Source: an uncultured archaeon (GTDB lineage Archaea; Iainarchaeota; Iainarchaeia; Iainarchaeales; JAAZKV01). From it: a stretch of DNA of 57,345 nucleotides. Positions 1 through 7,243 of the stretch are shown one piece after another. The notes below the pieces were generated by a model. It did no database searches. It was not told where the DNA came from and worked only from the letters and a program-made list of their open reading frames with translations. The translations under genes and the position numbers were made by a program. The stretch covers positions 1 through 57,345 of the forward strand of contig CABMEU010000017.1 in the NCBI GenBank assembly GCA_902385225.1, given 5' to 3'. How positions within the stretch are numbered: position 1 is the first letter of the stretch; each line of letters begins with the position of its first letter.

Positions 1-298
1 TTGAGAATATTGTTGTGAGAAGGGAAATATAACCTCCAAAAAAAGCAAGCCCTCTTTTATTTGTTTCCTTAAGAAGATAAACACACTCCGCGGCCTCCTT
101 TGGGAATCTTGAGGAGAGTTTTGCGTAAGAAAATGCGGTTAGACCTGCGATGATTCACGCGATTACAAAAGCGGCCCATAACAAATTTCCTGTTATTCCC
201 GCCGCAAGACCAATCAGAGTGAAAATTCCTGCGCCGATTATTACGCTTAAGCCATACCAAGTAGCTTCAATAAGCGAAACACTTCTTTCAAGGCTCAA
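1..298 (-). pseudogene. APC-superfamily amino-acid permease, N-terminal part (runs off window edge), interrupted by in-frame TGA at 155-157
   Basis: Own minus-strand translation from TTG at 298: SLERSVSLIEATWYGLSVIIGAGIFTLIGLAAGITGNLLWAAFVIA*IIAGLTAFSYAKLSSRFPKEAAECVYLLKETNKRGLAFFGGYISLL. The GAGIF..G and FSYA(E/K)L..FP blocks are the TM1/TM2 signature of APC permeases. The stop sits where the family usually has Gly. Absent from the ORF track because both halves are <60 aa; track ORF 69..260 is a shadow of it. Confidence 0.5.
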
Positions 299-342
299 AT
301 TATCCCCGCCTGCTTACTTTGACTGATTTGCTCAAGGTACCA

Positions 343-1002
343 CTACTGCCTATGCCTTCCTCGATAATGCTTCTCATGAGCAACCCTAATTGAGCCGGTG
401 CGTGAATTAGTGAATCTTCTGGTTTCGTGCTTCCCCTGATGAATTCTCTTTTGCATCGGGGTGAGTCCGTAAATTAATTGGCGAAAGTCCTTTGTGTGCG
501 AGAACAAAAGCAGTCCAAGACCTAGGAAAACAGCGAAGCCGATGTAATTCCACGGGTATGGCACAAGGTTAATATCCGGGTCAAGATAAATAAAAATAGC
601 TACTGCGAGAATTACTGCGTAAGCGGTTTCAACAAAAACAAAAACTGTTTTCTGCCTGCTCGCGTTCTTAACCTTATATTGGGTAAGAGCGATAAGCACG
701 TTTGTGAAGTTCTTGTGAATCAAACCAACTTTCTCATCCCTTAGCGCTATTGTGAAGTAGCCGATGAGGAAAAATATTATTGTGCTAAAAAGCCACAAAA
801 AGTTCTGAATTGAAACATCCAGGAGAAAAGTGAATCCTGCTTTTGCGATGTGCTCTATTCTGAAAATATTATACAATTGTACCGCCGCAAGAAGCACAAG
901 CATAGCTTCCTCAAGAACAAATACTATTGCAGCGTTATCAGAAAGAATACTTCTCCTCCTGAAAAACTCACTCTTATGCGAAAATTGCTTTGAGTATTTC
1001 AT
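343..1002 (-). CDS. Hypothetical multi-pass membrane protein
   Basis: 219-aa ORF with 4-5 hydrophobic helices (LVLLAAVQLYNIF, FLWLFSTIIFFLIGYF, AYAVILAVAIFIYL, IGFAVFLGLGLLLF) and a basic C-terminal tail. No family recognised. Confidence 0.6.
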   Translation of the reverse strand: MKYSKQFSHKSEFFRRRSILSDNAAIVFVLEEAMLVLLAAVQLYNIFRIEHIAKAGFTFLLDVSIQNFLWLFSTIIFFLIGYFTIALRDEKVGLIHKNFTNVLIALTQYKVKNASRQKTVFVFVETAYAVILAVAIFIYLDPDINLVPYPWNYIGFAVFLGLGLLLFSHTKDFRQLIYGLTPMQKRIHQGKHETRRFTNSRTGSIRVAHEKHYRGRHRQ

Positions 1003-1116
1003 GACAAAACAACGCTTTTTGGCTAAATAAACCTTTTCCTGCTGAATTTGCGCAGCGCCTAAAACCCTTATAATAGTTTTGATTCCCTTTTTTGTATTAA
1101 GTATTTGGTGGGTTAA

Positions 1117-2382
1117 ATGGATTCAGCTGCGACTTATGAAGTAAGGGACATAAAACTCGCTGAGAGCGGGAAGAAAAATATTGAGTGGGCAGAAGCGCAG
1201 ATGGGCTCTTTGATGGTTGTTAGAGAAAGATTTAGAAAAGAGAAACCATTCAAAGGAGTTAAAATTGGAATTGCCCTGCACCCGACAAAAGAAACTGCCG
1301 TACTTGTTAGAACACTAGTTGATGGGGGAGCGGATGTCGCAATATGCGCATGTAACCCGCTAAGCACGCAGGATGATGTTGCCGCGGCTCTTGCAAAAGA
1401 GGGCGTAAAGATTTGGGCATACAAAGGAGAAACAAAAGAGGATTACTACAGGTACTTAAACAAAGTAATTGAATTCAAACCTCATTACACACTTGATGAC
1501 GGATGCGACCTTGTCAGCGAGATACACGCAAAGCACCCGCAGTTAATTAAGGACATTATTGCGGGGGCGGAAGAAACCACTACCGGAGTAATCAGGCTCA
1601 AAGCAATGGAGAAAGACGGGGCGCTAAAGTATCCGGTTATTGCGGTAAATGATTTGAAAACAAAACACTTATTTGATAATTATTTAGGCACAGGGCAAAG
1701 CACGCTTGACGGAATACTTCGCGCAAGCGCTATTTTGCTTGCGGGTTCAACTGTTGTTGTAGTTGGATACGGTCACTGTGGAAAAGGAGTGGCGCTACGC
1801 GCCAAAGGAATGGGCGCGAATGTAATAGTAACAGAGGTAGATGCAATCGCGGCGCTCCAGGCACTCACCGATGGCTGCAGGGTAATGCCGATGGAAGAAG
1901 CGGCGAAACTTGGAAATGTTTTCATTACAGTTACTGGAAATAAGCATGTTCTAAGAAAAGAGCACTTCAGTGTGATGAAAGAGAACGCGATACTCGCAAA
2001 CTCCGGGCACTTTGATATTGAAATTGATGTTAAGGCGCTGAAGGAAATGGCGAAGAAAGTTGAGCATGTAAGAACCTCATTTGATAAGTACACACTCGCG
2101 AACGGGAAAAACATTTACTTATGCGGAGAGGGAAGACTTGTAAACCTCGCAGCTGCTGAAGGGCACCCATCAATGGTAATGGCGCAAAGCTTTTGCGGGC
2201 AGGCGCTCGCGGCAGAGTACGCGATTAAAAATAAGACAAAACTTAAGCCGGGTGTTGTTAACTTGCCTGAAGAGATTGATAATAAAATCGCCGATCTTCA
2301 GCTAAAAGCATTAGGGATAAAGTTTGATACTTTGACTCCTGAGCAAATTGAGTATTTGAAGAGCTGGAAAGAAGGAACGTAA
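1117..2382 (+). CDS. ahcY: S-adenosyl-L-homocysteine hydrolase
   Basis: 421 aa with AEETTTGV, HLFDNYLGTGQS, the NAD-binding GYGHCGKGVA and a C-terminal LT.EQ.EYL motif, all typical of adenosylhomocysteinase. GGTG Shine-Dalgarno-like element 8 nt upstream. Confidence 0.95.
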   Translation: MDSAATYEVRDIKLAESGKKNIEWAEAQMGSLMVVRERFRKEKPFKGVKIGIALHPTKETAVLVRTLVDGGADVAICACNPLSTQDDVAAALAKEGVKIWAYKGETKEDYYRYLNKVIEFKPHYTLDDGCDLVSEIHAKHPQLIKDIIAGAEETTTGVIRLKAMEKDGALKYPVIAVNDLKTKHLFDNYLGTGQSTLDGILRASAILLAGSTVVVVGYGHCGKGVALRAKGMGANVIVTEVDAIAALQALTDGCRVMPMEEAAKLGNVFITVTGNKHVLRKEHFSVMKENAILANSGHFDIEIDVKALKEMAKKVEHVRTSFDKYTLANGKNIYLCGEGRLVNLAAAEGHPSMVMAQSFCGQALAAEYAIKNKTKLKPGVVNLPEEIDNKIADLQLKALGIKFDTLTPEQIEYLKSWKEGT

Positions 2383-2476
2383 AAGTTATTGCTCTAGCTC
2401 CAAAGCTTATTTTAAAAATTCACTTTCCTCGCTTCCGCGACAAAAGCTTATATTCTGGTTCTGCGTTATTTTGGAT

Positions 2477-3310
2477 ATGAAAAAGTTTCTTGGCACGCTT
2501 ACCTTGGTTTGCTTCGCACTCGTACTGCTCTTTGGATGCACGCAAAGCACAGTGAGTGATGCTTCAAGCACAGCTAATACTTCTCTTCCCACTAATACTT
2601 CTACTGTTGGAACTAGTTCCAATGGAGGCAATAATGATACTTTGAGCACAACAGGAAATGCCGCTCTTGAGGAGTGCAGCGCAAAAGCAAATACTATTGA
2701 GGGGCTCTCTGTTTGCGTGGGGGATATTGCCGCAAAGAAAAATGATATCTCAATTTGCTATGATACTGATAACGCAGTAATGAATCCATTGTGTATTGGG
2801 CAGTATGCGTTTGACAAAAAGGAAATTAGCATTTGCAGGGACTCAAATAATGCTTTTGGAACCTGCCTCTACAGGTATGCATACTTGGCGAATGATGCGA
2901 GCTACTGCAGTTTTGAAGCTAATGCGTGGGACTTTAGCGCGACAAGCAGAAGCGACTGCTTCACAATGCTTGCAAACAAAAACAAGGATGTTTCTGTGTG
3001 CGAGGAGTGGCTTAAGGATAATGTAATATTCAGCAAAACCTCAAGCTCAACTTCCGGAAATTCACTTCAATCATTAAATAGTGAAACAGATGCCTGCTTT
3101 AGCGCGATTGCCCAAATACAGCACGACGCGTCCATTTGCGACAAAATGCCTCTAAACTCAAACAATATTTCCGAGTGCTATATGGGTGTTGCCATAGCCA
3201 CTGCTAACCCAACTGTTTGCAACGCAATTACTAACAAAGCATACGCGGATTACTGCAGATGCAGCGCGGATTTTAGCCAAACAGAGCCATGCACTTATAC
3301 GGGGCAGTAA
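2477..3310 (+). CDS. Secreted lipoprotein with Cys-containing ~24-aa repeats
   Basis: Signal peptide plus lipobox (MKKFLGTLTLVCFALVLLFGC), then a Ser/Thr/Asn-rich linker. Repeated D(I/A/V)S(I/V)C..........C motifs follow (ISICYD, ISICRD, ASYCSF, VSVCEE, ASICDK, ISECYM, PTVCNA). ATG 2477 preferred over the track's TTG 2471. Confidence 0.75.
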   Translation: MKKFLGTLTLVCFALVLLFGCTQSTVSDASSTANTSLPTNTSTVGTSSNGGNNDTLSTTGNAALEECSAKANTIEGLSVCVGDIAAKKNDISICYDTDNAVMNPLCIGQYAFDKKEISICRDSNNAFGTCLYRYAYLANDASYCSFEANAWDFSATSRSDCFTMLANKNKDVSVCEEWLKDNVIFSKTSSSTSGNSLQSLNSETDACFSAIAQIQHDASICDKMPLNSNNISECYMGVAIATANPTVCNAITNKAYADYCRCSADFSQTEPCTYTGQ

Positions 3311-3329
3311 TGCTGCCTTGGCGGGCAGG

Positions 3330-4091
3330 TTATCTCTTTTTGCATACGAAAAATGCGGGCGGGTACTTTAATGGGGTCTTGTTGTGGGGCTGAAGAGTTG
3401 AATTAACCTCAACCAGCTCAAAACCCGATTTAATTATTTCTTTGATTACTTCTCCCACCGCGGGCACATGAATGTACTGGCTCTTTTTGTAAGTAATCTC
3501 TCTATCCCCGCTCTCCTTGAAATAAAATCTATCCCCAAAATCAATTTCCTTAATTTTCACTCCAATTGGTTTGAGAATGAATTGTTTAACTCCCTGCTTT
3601 ATCCAAAAAGGGATGTATTCCCCTGAGTAGGTTCTCTTGTGGGTGGTGAAAACAAAAATCCCTCCCTTTTTTAGAACCCGCAGAATTTCTTTTAGCGCTT
3701 TTTGCCTATCATCCCTTCCAGGGATATGTGTCCAGCCCTGGTTTGAGAAAAGAACATAATCAAAAGTATTGTCCTTAAACTTTAGTTCGGTGGCGTCCCC
3801 CACACGGTAATTCAATTTCATTCCTTTTGACCTCGCGAGTTCTCTTGCGGTTTGAATCATTTCAGGGACAATATCAACGCCAATAACATCAAAACCCATC
3901 TTCTGCAATGGGATTGTGGTTCTCCCTGTCCCGCAGCCAAGGTCAAGCAAAACCCCTTTCTTTTTGAAATACTTATTAATTATGAGCTTTTCTGCGTCCC
4001 ACAGCCCCCCTTCGGCGAGCATGGTGTATCTCTTTTGAGCCCCCTCGCTTCCAAAAGAATCAATCATTAATTTTTTCAAATCCTCAACCAT
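3330..4091 (-). CDS. Class I SAM-dependent methyltransferase
   Basis: Motif I VLLDLGCGTGR, post-I DVIGVDI, and FDYVLFS / LKKGGIFVF motifs. Confidence 0.85.
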   Translation of the reverse strand: MVEDLKKLMIDSFGSEGAQKRYTMLAEGGLWDAEKLIINKYFKKKGVLLDLGCGTGRTTIPLQKMGFDVIGVDIVPEMIQTARELARSKGMKLNYRVGDATELKFKDNTFDYVLFSNQGWTHIPGRDDRQKALKEILRVLKKGGIFVFTTHKRTYSGEYIPFWIKQGVKQFILKPIGVKIKEIDFGDRFYFKESGDREITYKKSQYIHVPAVGEVIKEIIKSGFELVEVNSTLQPHNKTPLKYPPAFFVCKKR

Positions 4092-4169
4092 TTGGGGAAT
4101 AAGGTTTTGAGTTTAATAAATGTTTTGGGGAGAAGCGGGTGGTAATACATAATAAAGGATTAATTTTCT

Positions 4170-4217
4170 TTAAAAAAAATATGAGAAAAGATTATCTCCA
4201 AAGGAAATAATCTTTTC
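4170..4217 (-). terminator. Intrinsic-terminator-like hairpin plus T8 (minus strand), downstream of the GNAT pseudogene
   Basis: Perfect 11-bp stem GAAAAGATTAT (4185-4195) / ATAATCTTTTC (4207-4217) with an 11-nt loop. Followed on the minus strand by T8 (plus A8 at 4172-4179). Confidence 0.55.
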
Positions 4218-4229
4218 CCAAAGCGTTTC

Positions 4230-4874
4230 TCATTTTTCTTGCATCTTGTTCCAATCCTCTTTGAGCAACCCGTACGAGTTGGCGTCATGAAGCTTTCCTG
4301 TCGCTCTTGCGCGATAGTTTTGCCGCTGAACCCCCTCAAACACAAAACCAAGCTTTCGAATGGTCGCATTTGAAGCGGTGTTCTCTACCGCTGCCTTGAC
4401 ATTGATTCGGTTTAGGTTCAATTCCTTGAATGCGAACCTAAGTGCTGCGCTTGCCGCTTCGGTCATATGGCCTTTACGCCAATGCGCTTCGCCGAGCCAA
4501 TAACCTAGCGTCGCAACACCATCAAACCAGTTGATTTTGTCTACGCCAAGTCCGCCAATCAATTGCTCAAGAGGCCTTACTTAGCCGCTTATGCAATTTG
4601 GTCCATCGATGATTGCTCCATTAATGGGGGCATTTGCCGACATGATTGGTGCACTTTTTAGGGTGACTGCAAAAGAGTACCCTTCGCGCTTCTCTTGCTT
4701 TTGCTTTACGAGGCAGTTATTTACAAACGTCTCGGCATCAGCTAGAGTGTATGGATATGGAACAACCGCAAGGAAACGAGTAACATTCAAGCTATTGATT
4801 TGAGCCTGTATGCTAGCCGCGTCATCCTTCTGCATGTCCCGCAGAATTAGTCTTTCTGTTTCTATTCTAATTAT
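4230..4874 (-). pseudogene. RimJ/RimL-type GNAT N-acetyltransferase, disrupted (in-frame TAA at 4581-4583, no start codon for the conserved N-terminus)
   Basis: Track ORFs 4581..4835 and 4230..4562 are in the same frame. The continuous reading is IIRIETERLILRDMQKDD...NCISG*VRPLEQLIGGLGVDKINWFDGVATLGYWLGEAHWRKGHMTEAA...NTASNATIRKLGFVFEG. ETERLxLR, GYWL..W.KG and N.aS....KLGF are RimJ/RimL hallmarks. The frame opens directly after a TAA (4875-4877) with no ATG/GTG/TTG before ETERLILR. Confidence 0.7.
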
Positions 4875-4988
4875 TTAAACCACCTCCGGTAAGGAGATTC
4901 GTTATGTCTGCTTATTATTAACTCCCGCGCCGAAAATGTGACATCTTATACATTACTTGGCTGGTTTTTTGAAAACTGAGTAATTTGA

Positions 4989-5021
4989 TAAAAAGACTAA
5001 AAAGAAGTATACATTACTTCT
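4989..5021 (-). terminator. Hairpin plus T-rich tract downstream of the HxlR-like gene
   Basis: 7-bp stem AGAAGTA (5003-5009) / TACTTCT (5015-5021), loop TACAT. The minus strand continues TTTTTAGTCTTTTTATC. Confidence 0.5.
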
Positions 5022-5062
5022 TAACAAATTTTTTAGTGGAAGTAAGTGTTCCATGCTGAAAA

Positions 5063-5434
5063 TCAGTGTTTTTGCGCCCAGTTTTTCAATTTTTCAATGA
5101 TTTCGATAAGTTCCTCCGCTTTTGGAGTGAGCGCGTACTCGGTTTTCACCGGGGTCCCAAGCACAAGGTTCTTTGTGATGAGTTTGTTTGATTCAAGACT
5201 CTTTAGTCTCATTGAGAGGATGCGCGGATTAGAGCTTGGAATATCTTTTAGGATTTGATTGAATCCGGAGCGGTTGTTGTGCGTGTGCATTGAGTCAAGT
5301 ATTAAAAGATCAAATTTTTTGCCGACAAGCGCGACGGCTTTATCAAGCGGGTTTGTTTTCTCTACAACTTTTGTCATAGTCATCAATTCCAAAATTTTTT
5401 TCTTATACTTGCGATGCTTCTTGATTTGATGCAT
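5063..5434 (-). CDS. HxlR-family winged-helix transcriptional regulator
   Basis: VALVGKKFDLLILDSM....RSGFNQILKDIP.SNPRILSMRLKSLESNKLITK......VKTEYALTPKAEEL..I...L..WA matches the HxlR/DUF24 pattern (KW..lIl..L, RF.eL, Ls.rLkeLe, veY.LT.kG). Confidence 0.8.
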   Translation of the reverse strand: MHQIKKHRKYKKKILELMTMTKVVEKTNPLDKAVALVGKKFDLLILDSMHTHNNRSGFNQILKDIPSSNPRILSMRLKSLESNKLITKNLVLGTPVKTEYALTPKAEELIEIIEKLKNWAQKH

Positions 5435-5444
5435 TTAAATGCAT
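5429..5444. promoter_or_regulatory. Perfect 16-nt palindrome ATGCATTTAAATGCAT spanning the HxlR start codon
   Basis: Read directly. It is centred on TTTAAA, and the HxlR ATG (5434-5432 on the minus strand) lies inside it. Candidate autoregulatory operator. Confidence 0.4.
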
Positions 5445-5465
5445 TTAATCAAAAGTTCAACACAA

Positions 5466-5480
5466 CTATACTTAGTATAG
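5466..5480. promoter_or_regulatory. Perfect 15-nt palindrome CTATACTTAGTATAG in the HxlR promoter region
   Basis: Read directly. Lies 32-46 nt upstream of the HxlR ATG, where the TATA box is expected. Confidence 0.4.
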
Positions 5481-5535
5481 CTAGTAATCTTTTTAAAGCT
5501 ACTTATTTAAATATAGTTAGGTTGAAGTTAGTGTT

Positions 5536-5688
5536 ATGAACTGGTCAAAATTTGTTAGAGGAGAAGAAGCTGTATCAGCAAAAAGAGGGCACAACTTTTA
5601 CCTGGATTCGGTAATGCTCGAAATTGCAGAGCAAGGCACTCTAGCTAATTGGGTAAGAGAAACAAACCATAGAATTTACCATTATTAG
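5536..5688 (+). CDS. Small hypothetical protein (50 aa), divergent from the HxlR gene
   Basis: MNWSKFVRGEEAVSAKRGHNFYLDSVMLEIAEQGTLANWVRETNHRIYHY. A TATA-like CTTATTTAAATATAG starts ~30 nt upstream of the ATG, the same spacing as bona fide genes here. Below the ORF-track cutoff. Confidence 0.35.
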   Translation: MNWSKFVRGEEAVSAKRGHNFYLDSVMLEIAEQGTLANWVRETNHRIYHY

Positions 5689-5828
5689 GTAAACCCAGTT
5701 AACTCTCACACAGCTTTGAATCTTTAACACGGAAAAGTAATGCGTTCAATCGCCAAGAATTGGGGTTGGAGAAGTCAAATAGAATTGGATGTTCAGTCCG
5801 TTCGAGTTTGACGAGTTGGGCGCGAATT

Positions 5829-5867
5829 GGCGGATTGTTGGGATCCGCCATTTTATTCTTTTTTTAG
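5829..5867 (+). terminator. Hairpin plus long T tract
   Basis: Stem GGCGGAT (5829-5835) / ATCCGCC (5843-5849), then TTTTATTCTTTTTTTAGTTTTTTTT. Confidence 0.5.
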
Positions 5868-5966
5868 TTTTTTTTCTCATTTTCCTCCCTTTGGGACTCC
5901 GAAAGTGAGTGCTGATACTTTCTCTTTTTGGGTTAAGCTTATTTATTCCCGCGAAATAACTTTGTT

Positions 5967-6476
5967 ATGAAACAAAAGTATGCGCGAAAGGGACTCGTTG
6001 TAAAAGAAGCCACACTTGGGGAAAAGGAATGGCTTTTTTGTAATCAGGACTTATTTTCTGAACCATACAGTATACCGCCAGGACTAACAGACTCAGAAAA
6101 ATATAAGGTGTTTGTGCTAAAAAAAGGAAGCGAACTTTTGGGATTTCACTCTTTCCAAATACGCGGGGCGGGAGAAGGAGCATATGTGGATCATTTAGGA
6201 ACCTCCATACGCGAGGGGTATGAAGGACAAAGACTTGGAAGATTCCTCGTTGGGAGAGTGAGAGAGCGGATATATGCTAAGGGAGTAAATAAGGGAGTTC
6301 TGCAGGCGGAGAGAGTGCGGTCAAAGAAATTCTGGGGAACTATTGGATACACCCCAATACACGGAACTCCCATGGGGGTTGAGGGAAAAACTTTGTTTAA
6401 TATAAATTTTAAGGGATTAAAGACGCCCCCAAGAAAGACTTCCTGGCCAAAAGCGCTTGGAAGAAGGAAGCGGTAG
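5967..6476 (+). CDS. GNAT-like acetyltransferase with basic C-terminal tail
   Basis: Motif A-like YEGQRLGRFLVGRV and SKKFWGTIGYTP (compare fY.klGF). TATA-like GCTTATTTATT ~30 nt upstream. Confidence 0.55.
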   Translation: MKQKYARKGLVVKEATLGEKEWLFCNQDLFSEPYSIPPGLTDSEKYKVFVLKKGSELLGFHSFQIRGAGEGAYVDHLGTSIREGYEGQRLGRFLVGRVRERIYAKGVNKGVLQAERVRSKKFWGTIGYTPIHGTPMGVEGKTLFNINFKGLKTPPRKTSWPKALGRRKR

Positions 6477-6496
6477 CAGACAGCATGAAGTGAAAT

Positions 6497-7243
6497 TTAG
6501 TTTTGTATTTGATAATCAACTTCCTCGGGAATTATCCCTTCCTTAATCATCAATTGAACCCTGCGCTTATTCTTCTCAATTTCCTTTGTCGGGTTTTCTC
6601 TTAGCCTTGAAGTAAATTGTTCAAACTGCTTCCAATGACTCACTCCCCCAATTTGCTGTGAATCAGCGCCCCTGAAATGAAATGCCTTATACTTTGCCGC
6701 GTGTGCTTTGACTACTGCAACATCTTCAAATGGACCCTCAAAAACCGCATAACTGTCAAGAACATTCTGCAGGGAATGAAATACTAATGTGTGGACTTCT
6801 CCCTTTACAACCGTTTCAACATAGTCATGAACTTCCCATTTCTTTTTATCCTGATTAAAATAAATCTCCCTCGCAAGCCATGCTGGCACTTTTAATGAAT
6901 TAAGAAGTCCTATTGCGAGGTTGCATCTTTCCGAGCAGTGAAGGCAGCCAATATGTTTTTTCCCCATTGCGGCCTGTTCTGCGCTTCGTTTAAAGAGCCG
7001 CATTTTATCAACGCCAATTCGCCAGTCAATTGGTATTTTCTTCAAAACCAAATCCGCAACCTGTTCTACTTTTTGCTTGGCATTCTCCCCTTTTACGCCA
7101 GCGGATAATGCAGAAACTTTTCCAAAAACTCTAGTATTCCGCCTAAACCTTTGAATATCCGTGCGCGCCGGCTTTGGTCCAAATCGTGGAGGTCTCATAA
7201 GAAGAAGTTTTGATGTTTGAAAATATAATTGTTTCTTTTTCAC
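6497..7243 (-). CDS. Hypothetical protein, possible transglutaminase-like Cys-protease fold; translationally coupled to the upstream helicase
   Basis: Its GTG start overlaps the helicase TGA (GTGA at 7240-7243). GCLHCSERCNLAIGLLNSLKVPAWLAREIY....WEVHDYVE weakly resembles the G.C..fA.l...lLRa.GIPAR.V.GY....HaW.EVY core. Basic N-terminus. Confidence 0.35.
   Translation of the reverse strand: MKKKQLYFQTSKLLLMRPPRFGPKPARTDIQRFRRNTRVFGKVSALSAGVKGENAKQKVEQVADLVLKKIPIDWRIGVDKMRLFKRSAEQAAMGKKHIGCLHCSERCNLAIGLLNSLKVPAWLAREIYFNQDKKKWEVHDYVETVVKGEVHTLVFHSLQNVLDSYAVFEGPFEDVAVVKAHAAKYKAFHFRGADSQQIGGVSHWKQFEQFTSRLRENPTKEIEKNKRRVQLMIKEGIIPEEVDYQIQN

Noticed and set aside
155-157. TGA (and TAA) recoding or an alternative genetic code as the explanation for in-frame stops in conserved genes.
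   Set aside because: TAA, TGA and TAG all terminate well-conserved full-length genes here at the expected positions (ahcY, argF, ABC ATPase with ATGA overlap, XPD). The three interrupting stops involve two different codons. Decay or consensus error is more parsimonious.
69-260. 63-aa minus-strand ORF at the window start.
   Set aside because: It is out of frame with, and overlaps, a much more convincing APC-permease reading frame (1..298). Its Arg/Asn-rich sequence looks non-biological.
1134-2114. Track ORFs 1134..1424 and 1773..2114 on the minus strand, antisense to ahcY. Similar long antisense or out-of-frame ORFs: 11334..11768, 13302..13715, 33262..33693, 36472..36885, 36755..37138, 37063..37452, 45194..45643, 45758..46066, 46450..47253 set, 47735..48151, 48922..49287, 52748..53168, 53423..53872, 55851..56195, 56514..56945.
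   Set aside because: Each lies entirely within a longer ORF that has clear family motifs or a better promoter context. Their sequences are low-complexity with no motifs. They are typical shadow ORFs, frequent opposite Cys/Gly/Thr-rich or Lys/Glu-rich genes.
4160-4369. 69-aa minus-strand ORF overlapping the end of the GNAT pseudogene.
   Set aside because: It overlaps the GNAT C-terminal frame and runs through the terminator hairpin and A8 tract. No motifs.
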